The notes: a model not told the origin generated them from the letters alone. Positions 1 through 8,295 are shown, counted from the stretch's first letter. The stretch is DNA of 35,199 nucleotides from Synergistaceae bacterium (GCA_031289165.1 JAITPZ010000183.1:1-35199), one strand, 5' to 3'. Translations and numbers: made by a program.

Positions 1-353
1 CGCGCTACATCCTCGCCGGACCGGGGCGCTGGGGCAGCAGAAACCCCGCCATCGGCGTCCCCATCCAGTACGCCGACATCTACAACTGCGGCTGTCTGGT
101 GGAACTCAGCGCGCCGCAGTACAACTTCAACCCCGAGCTTTCCTACGGCTCCCACTTCTTCCTGGACATGGACTCCGACAACATCCTCTACCTCCCGGTG
201 TTCGCGGGGCAGAGCAACAACGTCTACGCCGCGGACTGGCTGGACAAACGGGAGTACGAGGTTGGCGAACATCCGGCGGTCCGCATCTACAAGGGAAACT
301 TCTTCGTCTTTCTGGACGGCGAAAGCGAACAGGGCCTGGTCTGCGAGGAGTAA
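1..353 (+). CDS. 3' end of a larger gene cut by the window edge. The C-terminus resembles PEP/pyruvate-binding (PEP synthase/PPDK-like) domain proteins, but the product is uncertain.
   Basis: Frame 3 is open from nt 3 (RYILAGPGRWGSRNPAIGVPIQYADIYNCG...) and joins the listed 99..353 ORF. The composition looks protein-like. The family assignment is from memory of GPGRWG-type C-termini only. Confidence 0.5.
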   Translation, partial: RYILAGPGRWGSRNPAIGVPIQYADIYNCGCLVELSAPQYNFNPELSYGSHFFLDMDSDNILYLPVFAGQSNNVYAADWLDKREYEVGEHPAVRIYKGNFFVFLDGESEQGLVCEE

Positions 354-367
354 GATCGGTCACACTG

Positions 368-400
368 ACGGCTCGATGTGTTCGAGGCCCCGGTGGTCGG
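368..400. repeat. 33-bp copy (2 mismatches) of the 3' end of the Ldh2-family gene at 1668..1700
   Basis: acggctcgatgtgttcgaggcccc(g/a)g(t/a)ggtcgg is present at 368-400 and at 1668-1700, exactly 1300 bp apart in direct orientation. The second copy encodes ...WGLEHIEP plus the stop. Confidence 0.8.
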
Positions 401-533
401 GATGAGAGCTTTTAATAAAGGGGTGCAGAGGTCCGGGCCCCCTGCCGGAGCCTCAGGGTCTTTAAACGGCAGGGCTCGGTATGGTCTCGATTCGGGGTTG
501 GGTTCGGAGTTGACGTCCTGCGGCTCGCGGGTT

Positions 534-1574
534 TCAGGAATGAAGCTGCGGCCCTTTGGTCAGTTTTTCCGCGAGAGCCCTTACGCGCTCGTCGGAGTCC
601 TCGCGGGCGGTCCTTAACGCCGCCTCGTAATGATCGTCCCGGCGGTTCCGCAGGGCGAAGAGCGCGTTGCGTTTCCACCTCCAGACGTCCTCGGGCTCGA
701 TGTACCAGAACTTTGGGGCTACCACGTCGCGGAGATAATCGTAGTCCATAGCCACGATCTTTTCCAGGGAGAGGGCGTCGGCCAGTTCCGTGAGGCCGGA
801 GAACTTCTCGTCCCCGGACAACTGGCCCCTGTTGAAGGGACAAACGTCCTGGCAGACGTCGCAGCCATAGACCCACTCGCCGATTTGGGCGCTGTGTTTT
901 TCAAACAGGGCTTCGTTGCGAGCCTTATTGGTCAGGAAGGATACGCAGGCGGTTCCACAGGTGGCGTAGGGCTCGGCCAGAGCGGATGTGGGGCAGTTCT
1001 TCACGCAGAGGTTGCAGCCGTCGGAACATGGCTTTTGTGTCGGGACGTGGATATATTCCATCTCCTCATCCGTCAGGAACACGACAAGCGAATACCAGGA
1101 GCCATGGTCTCCGTAAAAAAAATTGTTTCTGCGGATCGTGCCGATTCCGGCGGCCATCGCGGCCCAACGGCAGGAGGTTATTCCGTAATCGTGGCTCGAC
1201 GCGACCCGCAGGCCGAGTTCGTCCGTCATGTACCGCTCCAGCGTCGTTCGCGCGCGATAGCCATCGGATTGCGGGTTCCGTCTTTCGTCAAAGAGGTACG
1301 CCTTGCCTATCCGACCATCGAGGCCTTCGGGGACGCGATAGACGCCGTAGCGCCACGAACACACCACGACGGATCGCGCCCAAGGAAATTGCTGCCTGGG
1401 GTCGGCGAAGGCCATGAACCTTCCATACATTCCCTCGGACTCCGGGAACCGCCGGATGCGGGCGGCGACCTTTTCGCCATAGCCCTTCATCCTGTCCACG
1501 GCGATGATCCCGCACCTCTCGAAATTCAACGCGACAGCCCGTTCCGTAATTTTTAAAGCCAGCGTCCGTTCCAT
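534..1574 (-). CDS. queG: epoxyqueuosine reductase (QueG-like, 4Fe-4S)
   Basis: 346-aa ORF with two Cys-rich 4Fe-4S motifs (CSDGCNLCVKNCP and CDVCQDVCPFN) and a C-terminal helical tail typical of QueG. The ATG is preceded by AGAAGG. Confidence 0.75.
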   Translation of the reverse strand: MERTLALKITERAVALNFERCGIIAVDRMKGYGEKVAARIRRFPESEGMYGRFMAFADPRQQFPWARSVVVCSWRYGVYRVPEGLDGRIGKAYLFDERRNPQSDGYRARTTLERYMTDELGLRVASSHDYGITSCRWAAMAAGIGTIRRNNFFYGDHGSWYSLVVFLTDEEMEYIHVPTQKPCSDGCNLCVKNCPTSALAEPYATCGTACVSFLTNKARNEALFEKHSAQIGEWVYGCDVCQDVCPFNRGQLSGDEKFSGLTELADALSLEKIVAMDYDYLRDVVAPKFWYIEPEDVWRWKRNALFALRNRRDDHYEAALRTAREDSDERVRALAEKLTKGPQLHS

Positions 1575-1667
1575 GTCGCACGACCTTCTCTGCTTTTTAT
1601 AAACTGCTCAAAAGTGGCGTACGCGAGCGATGGGCGTGGATCCGTCCTCCCAAAAAGACCGTCGCGC

Positions 1668-2768
1668 TTACGGCTCGATGTGTTCGAGGCCCCAGAGGTC
1701 GGCGTAGTCGTCGAGGCGCTTCCATGTCGCGGGGTCCAGCCAGATGCCCTCCTTCAGGGATTTTTCGCGACGCTCGTACTCCTTTTCCCCATGAGTGTAG
1801 ATGCGGTCGTGACCTGCTGCCAGCTGGCTGTTTTTCACGCGGTCGAGGATCCCGGCCACATGGGACTGAATCCGAGCCGGGTCTCCGAAGAGGTCCAGGC
1901 GCGTCGCCTGGAAGTAATGGCAGATTCCGCAGCCCTCCTGGTAGGTATCGTACGTGGCCGTTCCCATCGAGAGGCCGGCGGTCAGAAGCTCGACCAGCAT
2001 TCCGAGGCCGTAGCCCTTGTGCCCGCCGAGCGTCTCCGTCGCCCCGCCGAGGAAGAGCTGTCCGCCGAACGGGCTTTTGTCGAAACGATTGACCTCCGCC
2101 ACGCGAACCGCATCCGTCGTGTCTGCCCCCTGCTCGTCGACGGCCCAGCCCACAGGCATGACGCCGCCGCGCCGCGCCGCGACCTCGATCTTGCCGAGCG
2201 GCACGGTCGTGGTCGCCATGTCCACCGTGAAATGGGGTTTGCGCCCCGCGGGAATCGCCACGCATATGGGATTCGTGCCCAGAAGGCGCTCACGCCCGAA
2301 CGTTGGGATCGACGCGCGCAGGGTGTTGGTAAACGCCCACCCGATCATGCCCGCCTCGGCGGCCATCTCCGCCCAGTACGCGGCAATCCCGAAATGGCAG
2401 GAGTCGCGCACGACGGTCATGCAGGTTCCGCTCGTCCCCGCCTTTTCGATCGTTTTCTCCATCGCCGTTTTGGAGGTGGGAAACCCCGGCGCCCTGTTTC
2501 CCCGCACGACCAGAGAGATGGGCGTCTCATGAACGACCGTCGCCGTCGCCTTCGGGTCGTTTTTACCGTCCCGGACCTCTTCATGGTATATTTTGATGCG
2601 GGCCACGCCGTGCGACGCGTGTCCCCGCGCGTCCGCCTCCACGAGGACACTGGCCGTGACGTCGGCGCCTTCCCGCGGATAGCCCAGCCCCCGCTCCAGC
2701 ATGTTCGTCATGCCGGCGCAGAGCTTTTCGTAACTTATCGTGGTCCTTTCACCGGTCGCCTCCGCCAT
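1668..2768 (-). CDS. Ldh2-family (malate/L-lactate/ureidoglycolate-type) NAD(P)H-dependent 2-oxoacid dehydrogenase
   Basis: 366-aa ORF with ARGHASHGV, GTNPI and GGHKGYGL motifs characteristic of the Ldh_2 family. AAAGGAGG lies upstream of the ATG. Confidence 0.85.
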   Translation of the reverse strand: MAEATGERTTISYEKLCAGMTNMLERGLGYPREGADVTASVLVEADARGHASHGVARIKIYHEEVRDGKNDPKATATVVHETPISLVVRGNRAPGFPTSKTAMEKTIEKAGTSGTCMTVVRDSCHFGIAAYWAEMAAEAGMIGWAFTNTLRASIPTFGRERLLGTNPICVAIPAGRKPHFTVDMATTTVPLGKIEVAARRGGVMPVGWAVDEQGADTTDAVRVAEVNRFDKSPFGGQLFLGGATETLGGHKGYGLGMLVELLTAGLSMGTATYDTYQEGCGICHYFQATRLDLFGDPARIQSHVAGILDRVKNSQLAAGHDRIYTHGEKEYERREKSLKEGIWLDPATWKRLDDYADLWGLEHIEP

Positions 2769-2810
2769 ATTGGCAAAGCCTCCTTTAGATCTTCCTGAAA
2801 TCCGAAAGAC

Positions 2811-2854
2811 TTGGGGCTCTGCCCCAAACCTCGCAAAGGGTCCGTAGACCCTTT
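2811..2854 (-). terminator. two tandem short GC hairpins between the buk stop/repeat copy A and the ldh2 start. They may terminate buk or be a 5' UTR structure of ldh2.
   Basis: Read on the minus strand: AAAGGGTC-tacg-GACCCTTT (2854-2835) and TTGGGGC-aga-GCCCCAA (2827-2811). The U-tracts are only short. Confidence 0.3.
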
Positions 2855-2884
2855 GATCCCGTCAATAAAGCAAAAGACAGAGAT

Positions 2885-2987
2885 ATAGTGGTTTAAATTA
2901 AGTTTACTATAAGAGGCTAAAAGTTTTCCTCGACAGTGAGCCGTTTTCAGCTATTCTAACTTCAGGCTTTTTAATTGAATTCACTAT
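2885..2987 (+). repeat. MITE-like AT-rich hairpin repeat, copy A (103 bp)
   Basis: ATAGTGGTTTAAATTAA...TTAATTGAATTCACTAT forms a terminal inverted repeat matching at 13 of the first 17 positions. It contains the invariant core GACAGTGAGCCGTTTT (2932-2947). G+C is 33/103, against more than 60% in the flanks. It abuts the buk stop codon. Confidence 0.85.
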
Positions 2988-2988
2988 G

Positions 2989-4050
2989 TTACGCGCCGTA
3001 TTTTTTAGGTGTTTCGCGGTTCGTCAGGACGCGCCAGGCGCCCTCGGCCAGGGCCTGCATCTCGTCCTCGCCGGGATAGCGCAGGATGGGCGCGATGAAG
3101 CTCGTCCGGGATGTTATGCGTTCGCAAAGTTTGTCGCTGTAAGCCAGGCCGCCGGTCAGGACGATCGCGTCGAGCTCTCCCTTCAGGACGGCCGCGCAGC
3201 CCCCGATCTCCTTCGAAATTTGCAGGACCATGGCCTCGAACACGAGAACGGCTTTCGCGTCGCCGTTCGCGATGAGCTTCTCGACCTCGCGCATGTCGTT
3301 GGTCCCCAGATGCGCGACCAGTCCGCCCCGGCCGTTGATCATCTTCCCGATTTCCTGGCGGGTGTATCTGCCGCCGAAGCACAGATCGGCCACTCCGCCC
3401 ACCGGCAGGCTGCCCGCCCGCTCGGGCGACATCGGGCCCTCGCCGTCCAGGGCGTTGTTAACGTCGATGACGCGCCCTTTCGCGTGCGCCCCGACGGAAA
3501 CCCCGCCGCCCATGTGCGCGACGACGAGGTTGCACTCCTCGTAGTTCTTTTTCAGGTCGGCGGCCGCGCGGCGCGCCACGGCCTTCTGGTTGAGCGCGTG
3601 GAAGATGGAGAGGCGCGGAAGCTCCGGCAGGCCCGAGATTCGCGCCTCGTCCACCAGCTCGTCCACGACGACGGGATCGACGATGAAGGCCGGAATGTTC
3701 CCCGCGGCCGCCGCGAACCGGACGGCCAGCGGCGCTCCGAGGTTGCTGGCGTGAGCGGCATTTTTCAGGTCCTCCAGCATTTGGCCGCTGACGGTATACG
3801 TTCCGCTCTCTATGGGCTTCAGCAGTCCGCCGCGCCCCACGACGGCGGCGAAGTCCACGGGCTTCACCCCTTTGGCGTCGAGCGTCTTCGAGATTTCATC
3901 GAAGCGGAACTGCTCCTGGTCCATGACGTTGGCGTATCGAGCGAGGTCGGATGCTTCGTAACGCTGAGTTTCGGTCCACAGGCATTTCGTGTCCTCGAAA
4001 AGCGCGATCTTCGTACTCGTCGAGCCGGGGTTGATGGCAAAAATGTTCAT
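2989..4050 (-). CDS. buk: butyrate (branched-chain fatty acid) kinase, paralog 1
   Basis: 353-aa ORF with an N-terminal INPGSTSTK motif, plus VVGRGG, HMGGGVSVGAH and YPGEDEM motifs typical of butyrate kinase. AAAGGAGAG lies upstream of the ATG. Confidence 0.9.
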   Translation of the reverse strand: MNIFAINPGSTSTKIALFEDTKCLWTETQRYEASDLARYANVMDQEQFRFDEISKTLDAKGVKPVDFAAVVGRGGLLKPIESGTYTVSGQMLEDLKNAAHASNLGAPLAVRFAAAAGNIPAFIVDPVVVDELVDEARISGLPELPRLSIFHALNQKAVARRAAADLKKNYEECNLVVAHMGGGVSVGAHAKGRVIDVNNALDGEGPMSPERAGSLPVGGVADLCFGGRYTRQEIGKMINGRGGLVAHLGTNDMREVEKLIANGDAKAVLVFEAMVLQISKEIGGCAAVLKGELDAIVLTGGLAYSDKLCERITSRTSFIAPILRYPGEDEMQALAEGAWRVLTNRETPKKYGA

Positions 4051-4103
4051 CCCTCAAACTCTCCTTTCGTGTAAAAATTTCAGCATGAAAAGTCAGTATT
4101 GAT

Positions 4104-4131
4104 ACAAAAAGGGGAGATAACCGCTCTCCCC
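4104..4131 (-). terminator. rho-independent terminator after ptb
   Basis: Minus strand: GGGGAGA-gcggtta-TCTCCCC followed by TTTTTG, about 17 nt after the ptb stop. Confidence 0.55.
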
Positions 4132-4147
4132 GGGTTTTGCGCTGCCG

Positions 4148-5077
4148 TTACGCGTGATGGGCGATCATGACGCCCGCCGCGATGGAAAGCATCTTCGCGC
4201 GCGGGGAGTCCGCGCGGCTGGTCAGGATGACGGGCGCCGCGGCGCCAATGATGATTCCCGCAGTGTCGTTCTTCGAGAAGTAGACGATGGCCTTCGCGAG
4301 CATGTTCCCCGCGTCGATATGGGGAACGAGCAGAATATCCGCCTTTCCGGCGACGGGAGAGTCGATCTTCTTGATTTTGGCGGCCTCTTCATTTACGGCG
4401 TTATCGAGGGCCAGAGGGCCGTCCACGACGCAGTTTTTGATCTGCCCGCGCTGGCCCATCTGCACGAGCGCCGCGGCGTCGAGCGTACAGGGCATGTCCG
4501 GGTTGACGAGTTCCACGGCCGCGAGGCACGCGACCCTGGGGCACTCCACACCGAGCGCGCGGGCGAAGTTGACGGTGTTCTGAATGATATCGGCCTTCTG
4601 CTTCAGGTCGGGGTAGGTATTGAACGCCGCGTCGGCGACAAAAAGAATGCGGTCGTAGCCCTCGATCCCATGAAAGTAGCAGTGCGAGATGACCTTGCCG
4701 CTGCGGAGCCCGACCTCTTTGTTCAACATGCCGCGCAGGAAGTGGTCGGTGTGAAGCTGTCCCTTCATGTAGATGTCGGCGCGCTTCGAGGAAACCTCCG
4801 CCACGGCGACGAGGCCGCACTTCGCCTCGCTCTTCTCGTCGATGATCGTGTAATCGCCCTCTTTGGCCCCGGCCTCGGCGATGCAGGCTTTGACCCTTGT
4901 CGCGTCACCGACCAGCGTGGCCTCGACGAGTCCGGCTCTGCGCGCCTCCTCGACCGCCGAAATCAGGCCGACATCCTCCGCCATCGCGACGGAAACACGC
5001 TTTTTCCCCCTGGCCGCGCAAAGCTTTTTGGCCTCCTCGATCATCTGCGAAAGCGAACGAATCTGTTCCATATCCAA
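4148..5077 (-). CDS. ptb: phosphate butyryltransferase
   Basis: 309-aa ORF of the PTA/PTB family (GQLHTDHFLR, VADAAFN, ILTSRADS). Confidence 0.9.
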   Translation of the reverse strand: MDMEQIRSLSQMIEEAKKLCAARGKKRVSVAMAEDVGLISAVEEARRAGLVEATLVGDATRVKACIAEAGAKEGDYTIIDEKSEAKCGLVAVAEVSSKRADIYMKGQLHTDHFLRGMLNKEVGLRSGKVISHCYFHGIEGYDRILFVADAAFNTYPDLKQKADIIQNTVNFARALGVECPRVACLAAVELVNPDMPCTLDAAALVQMGQRGQIKNCVVDGPLALDNAVNEEAAKIKKIDSPVAGKADILLVPHIDAGNMLAKAIVYFSKNDTAGIIIGAAAPVILTSRADSPRAKMLSIAAGVMIAHHA

Positions 5078-5121
5078 AGACCTCCAAATATATTATTGTG
5101 TAGTTTATTTTTATTATTGCT

Positions 5122-6213
5122 TCAATTCTTCGGGGCGTAGTCCCCGTAGCTTTTGGGCTTTTCATCCTCGGCCAGGACGCGGAGAGCTCCCTCGGCCAGG
5201 GCCAGCATCTCGTCCTCGCCTGCGTAGACGAGGCAGGGGGCGATCCACTGCACGCGTTCCTGCACGAGGCGGACAAACTCGGAATCGTAGGAAATTCCGC
5301 CCGTGAAGAGGATCGCGTCGACCTTTTCCCCCACTGAAACGGCCTGAGCGCCGATCTCCTTCGCGACCTGCCAGGCCAGAGCACGGTAGACCAAGGCCGC
5401 CTTTTCGTCCCCCTTTTCGATCATGCCGCGGGCCTCGCGCATGTCGCTGGTTCCAAGATAAGCCAGAAGTCCCCCCCTGGCCACGATCTTTTGTCTGAAA
5501 CTCTCCTCGGTATACTGCCCGCCGAAACACAGATCCACCACCCCGCCGACGGGGAGGCCGCCGGTGCGCGAGGGGGAAAACGGTCCGAAGTCGGTGCCGT
5601 TGCTCGTGTCCGCGATGCGCCCTCTGCGGTGCGCCACGACGCTGATTCCCCCGCCCAGGTGGGCGACGACGACGCAGAGCTCGTCCCAGGGAACATTCAG
5701 GTCGCGAGCCGCGCGACGCACGGTGGCCTTGATGTTGAGCGCGTGCGAGAAGGACGCTTTCGGGAGATCGGGCAGTCCCGAAAGCCTGGCCTCCGGCATC
5801 ATTTCATCGACGCAGACGGGGTCCACGATAAAGGCAGGGACGCCCCACCGGGCGGCCAGCGCCTTCGCCAGCATTCCGCCGAGGTTCGAGGCGTGTTCCC
5901 AGGGTCTGCCGACCTTCAGGCGCTCGACGAGAAGGTCGTCCACCCGAAACGTTCCTCCGGGAAGGGGGTCGATGATGCCCCCTCGCCCGACGACGGCATC
6001 CGTGACCTCGGGGCACTCCTCGCAGGCGTGTTTGTCGACGACGTCCCGGATCGTGTTCAGCCTGAAATCGAACTGCTCCGTGACGGAACCGAAGGGCGCA
6101 AGCTCCTCGCCCGTATGCCGGATGGTCTCGTTCCAGATTATCGTCGTTCCGGAAAACTTCGCGACCTTCGTGCTTGTGGACCCCGGATTGACGGTTAAAA
6201 CCGAAAATGGCAT
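5122..6213 (-). CDS. buk: butyrate (branched-chain fatty acid) kinase, paralog 2
   Basis: 363-aa ORF with VNPGSTSTK, VVGRGG, HLGGGISVVAH and YAGEDEM motifs. It is clearly diverged from paralog 1. Confidence 0.9.
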   Translation of the reverse strand: MPFSVLTVNPGSTSTKVAKFSGTTIIWNETIRHTGEELAPFGSVTEQFDFRLNTIRDVVDKHACEECPEVTDAVVGRGGIIDPLPGGTFRVDDLLVERLKVGRPWEHASNLGGMLAKALAARWGVPAFIVDPVCVDEMMPEARLSGLPDLPKASFSHALNIKATVRRAARDLNVPWDELCVVVAHLGGGISVVAHRRGRIADTSNGTDFGPFSPSRTGGLPVGGVVDLCFGGQYTEESFRQKIVARGGLLAYLGTSDMREARGMIEKGDEKAALVYRALAWQVAKEIGAQAVSVGEKVDAILFTGGISYDSEFVRLVQERVQWIAPCLVYAGEDEMLALAEGALRVLAEDEKPKSYGDYAPKN

Positions 6214-6272
6214 ATCCCCGTTACCTCCTGAACTCCTGAATTTTCTGCTTTTTATACTGTCTCGTTCGGGCC

Positions 6273-7097
6273 CTATTCAAGCCACTCCTCGATATGTTCG
6301 AGGTAAAGATCGAAAAGGCGCTTTGTCCACGGGCCCGGATGTCCATCGCCGATTATCTGGGAGCCGACGCGGACGACGGGAAGAATTTTTTTGACGCTGC
6401 CCGTGATGAACGCCTCGGTCGCCTGCGGCAGCTCGGTCAGCAGGGGGCAGCGCTCCTCGACGTTCAGCTCGACGCGGCGCGCCAGGTCGATAATGGCCTG
6501 TCGCGTGGTGCCCTTCAGAACGCGGGGGAGTGGGGCCGTCGCCAGCGTATTCCCGACGCAGAGGAAAAAGGAGCTGTGCCCGCTCTCCGTGATTTCGCCG
6601 CCGGGGCAGTAGAGAATTTCCGCGTGCTCGTCGTGGGGCGACAGGGTGTAGGCCCTGCGGTAGTCGATGCTCTTGGTCGCCGGGTCTTCCCGTTCGTCGT
6701 CGACGGGCTCGAGGCGGATGCCGTTCTCGTAAAACGACGCGGGAGGCAGTTCCAGTTCCTCGAAGGTGACGAAAAAACGTGGATCGGTGAAGCCGCGCAC
6801 ACGGTCGAACACGTCCCCTCCGGAGAGGTAGACCTTGATCAAAAGCTCCCCGTCCAGCCGCGCGACGCCCTCCCGGACGATTTCCCGCATCTCGCCGATC
6901 CCGAGCGGCGGATGGATATACGAGTTCTTCGCGCCCGTCAAAAGGCGCTCCAGATGGGGTGTCAGCATGAGAGCCCGCCTTCGGTGCGTGCTTATGGACT
7001 CGAAAACGCCGATGCCCCGCTGAATGATGAGGTCCGTCACGGGAAGCAGCGCCTCCGACGGACTGACGAACCTGCCGTTGACATAACACAGTCTCAT
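6273..7097 (-). CDS. class IV (fold-type IV) aminotransferase, branched-chain or D-amino-acid type
   Basis: 274-aa ORF beginning YVNGRFV...A, with RGIGVFE and TKSIDYRR (candidate PLP lysine) and a GTTR motif. It is first in the minus-strand cluster with buk and ptb. Confidence 0.8.
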   Translation of the reverse strand: MRLCYVNGRFVSPSEALLPVTDLIIQRGIGVFESISTHRRRALMLTPHLERLLTGAKNSYIHPPLGIGEMREIVREGVARLDGELLIKVYLSGGDVFDRVRGFTDPRFFVTFEELELPPASFYENGIRLEPVDDEREDPATKSIDYRRAYTLSPHDEHAEILYCPGGEITESGHSSFFLCVGNTLATAPLPRVLKGTTRQAIIDLARRVELNVEERCPLLTELPQATEAFITGSVKKILPVVRVGSQIIGDGHPGPWTKRLFDLYLEHIEEWLE

Positions 7098-7159
7098 AAT
7101 CCTCGAACCCTCCGGGCGAATCCGCCGGAAGTCCGGCGGAACTTATGAAAGACACAGCA

Positions 7160-7188
7160 ATAGTGTTACGATTCGCGCCCTCTGTCAA
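7160..7188 (-). promoter_or_regulatory. candidate sigma70-type promoter for the aminotransferase-buk-ptb cluster
   Basis: Minus strand: TTGACA (7188-7183), a 17-nt spacer, then CACTAT (7165-7160). A CCGCCGG-actt-CCGGCGG hairpin at 7122-7139 follows in the 5' UTR. Confidence 0.3.
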
Positions 7189-7214
7189 GCGGGAAGTTCG
7201 AAAAAACATTTATG

Positions 7215-8168
7215 TCAGAAGCGGCTCTGCCTTTCTCCCCGCTCCGGCCTCTGTCTTTTCGCCCCCGCCCTGAGAAGGCGGCGGGCGACGTTCCCGCAGT
7301 TTCGGGCCAGGGCGCAGTCGAGGGCGGAGTTCCCCTCGTCGTCCACGGTGTTGACGTCGGCCCCCGCTTCCAGAAGCGCGTGGGCGTAGCCCGGCGTATC
7401 CCCGATGACGGCGGCAAAAAGCAGAGGCGTCCATCCGCCGCCCACGGCGACATTGGCGTCGGCCCCGTTTTTCAGCAGTTCTTCGACGATCGGCAGGCTT
7501 TTGCGGGGACCGCACAGGGCGTAGAGAAGAGGCGTCCAGCCCTCGCGTCCCTCCTGTTTGCCCGCGGCGTTGACGTCGGCCCCGGCGCGAATCAGCCCGT
7601 GGACGACGTCCGACGAAGATCCGAGGGCCGCCGCGAAGAACAGGGGCGTGAGGTCGTCCGTCGTCCGGGCGTTTACGCCGGCCCCGGCCGCGATCAGCGC
7701 GGAGATGAGCGCCGCGTTTCGGTCGGGCTCCATCACGGCGAAAAAGAGGGGCGTCCACTTCATTCGCCGCGAAGAATAACAGACGGCGCTGACGCTGGCG
7801 CCGCTTTCGACGATCAGCGCCGCCGTCTCCACGCGCCGCCGTTCCCGCTCGAGGAAGCTCCTGAGGTCGCCCCCGGGGTCGTGGGTCTCGGCCTCGAGCG
7901 CCCACATCAGGGCGGTCATTCCGTCGTGAGTCTCCGCGTCGACGTCGGCCCCCGCATCGAGCAGGGCGCGAACGATCTCCGGATCGTCGTTCAGAAGAGC
8001 GGCGAACATCAGAGGGGTGAAGCCGTTCGCTCCCCTCTCGCTGACGTCGGCTCCGTTCCGAATCGCCGACAGGACCGTCGCCTTCCATTCGGACGCGTTC
8101 TGTCCGGAAATATTTTGTTCAGGAACGGACAGCAACTCCAAAAGAGATTTTTTTCCGACGTCGCCCAA
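7215..8168 (-). CDS. ankyrin-repeat protein (about 7 ANK repeats)
   Basis: 317-aa ORF with reiterated G(F/W)TPLxxAAxxG...vv..Ll.aGAdvN units. No signal peptide is evident. Confidence 0.85.
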   Translation of the reverse strand: MGDVGKKSLLELLSVPEQNISGQNASEWKATVLSAIRNGADVSERGANGFTPLMFAALLNDDPEIVRALLDAGADVDAETHDGMTALMWALEAETHDPGGDLRSFLERERRRVETAALIVESGASVSAVCYSSRRMKWTPLFFAVMEPDRNAALISALIAAGAGVNARTTDDLTPLFFAAALGSSSDVVHGLIRAGADVNAAGKQEGREGWTPLLYALCGPRKSLPIVEELLKNGADANVAVGGGWTPLLFAAVIGDTPGYAHALLEAGADVNTVDDEGNSALDCALARNCGNVARRLLRAGAKRQRPERGERQSRF

Positions 8169-8295
8169 AGCGCCCTCCTCCCTGTTCGAGAACTCGTATC
8201 CATCCTTTCTCTTATGGTATCATGGGCCATCGGTTCGTTTGGGTGTTTTGTTTTTTACTTTTTACTTCGGGTTCGATTATATGAAAGGAGATTCA

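Noticed and set aside
630-1556. 308-aa plus-strand ORF antisense to queG. The same pattern recurs at 1614-2798, 2986-4074, 4154-5140, 5491-6394, 6294-7148, 7212-8966, 9060-10301, 10280-11785, 11325-13079, 18305-20419, 21661-22416, 24420-26471, 26558-27576, 28350-29288, 29703-31109, 32820-33539 and 33590-34759.
   Set aside because: These are shadow ORFs expected in high-GC DNA opposite or out of frame with genes that have clear family motifs. Their translations are Arg/Gly/Pro/Ala-rich, and they lack RBSs and recognisable domains.
8017-8295. N-terminal extensions offered by the ORF track for the cyclophilin (8017). The same issue applies to the kinase (18383), regulator (21229), feoB (32226), DtxR (31257), MATE (31061), malic enzyme (27582), YgjP (17354), DctQ (11442) and the SprA-like gene (28338).
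   Set aside because: The extensions overlap neighbouring genes or intergenic AT-rich DNA and have implausible composition. Internal starts have Shine-Dalgarno sequences at proper spacing and give family-typical N-termini.
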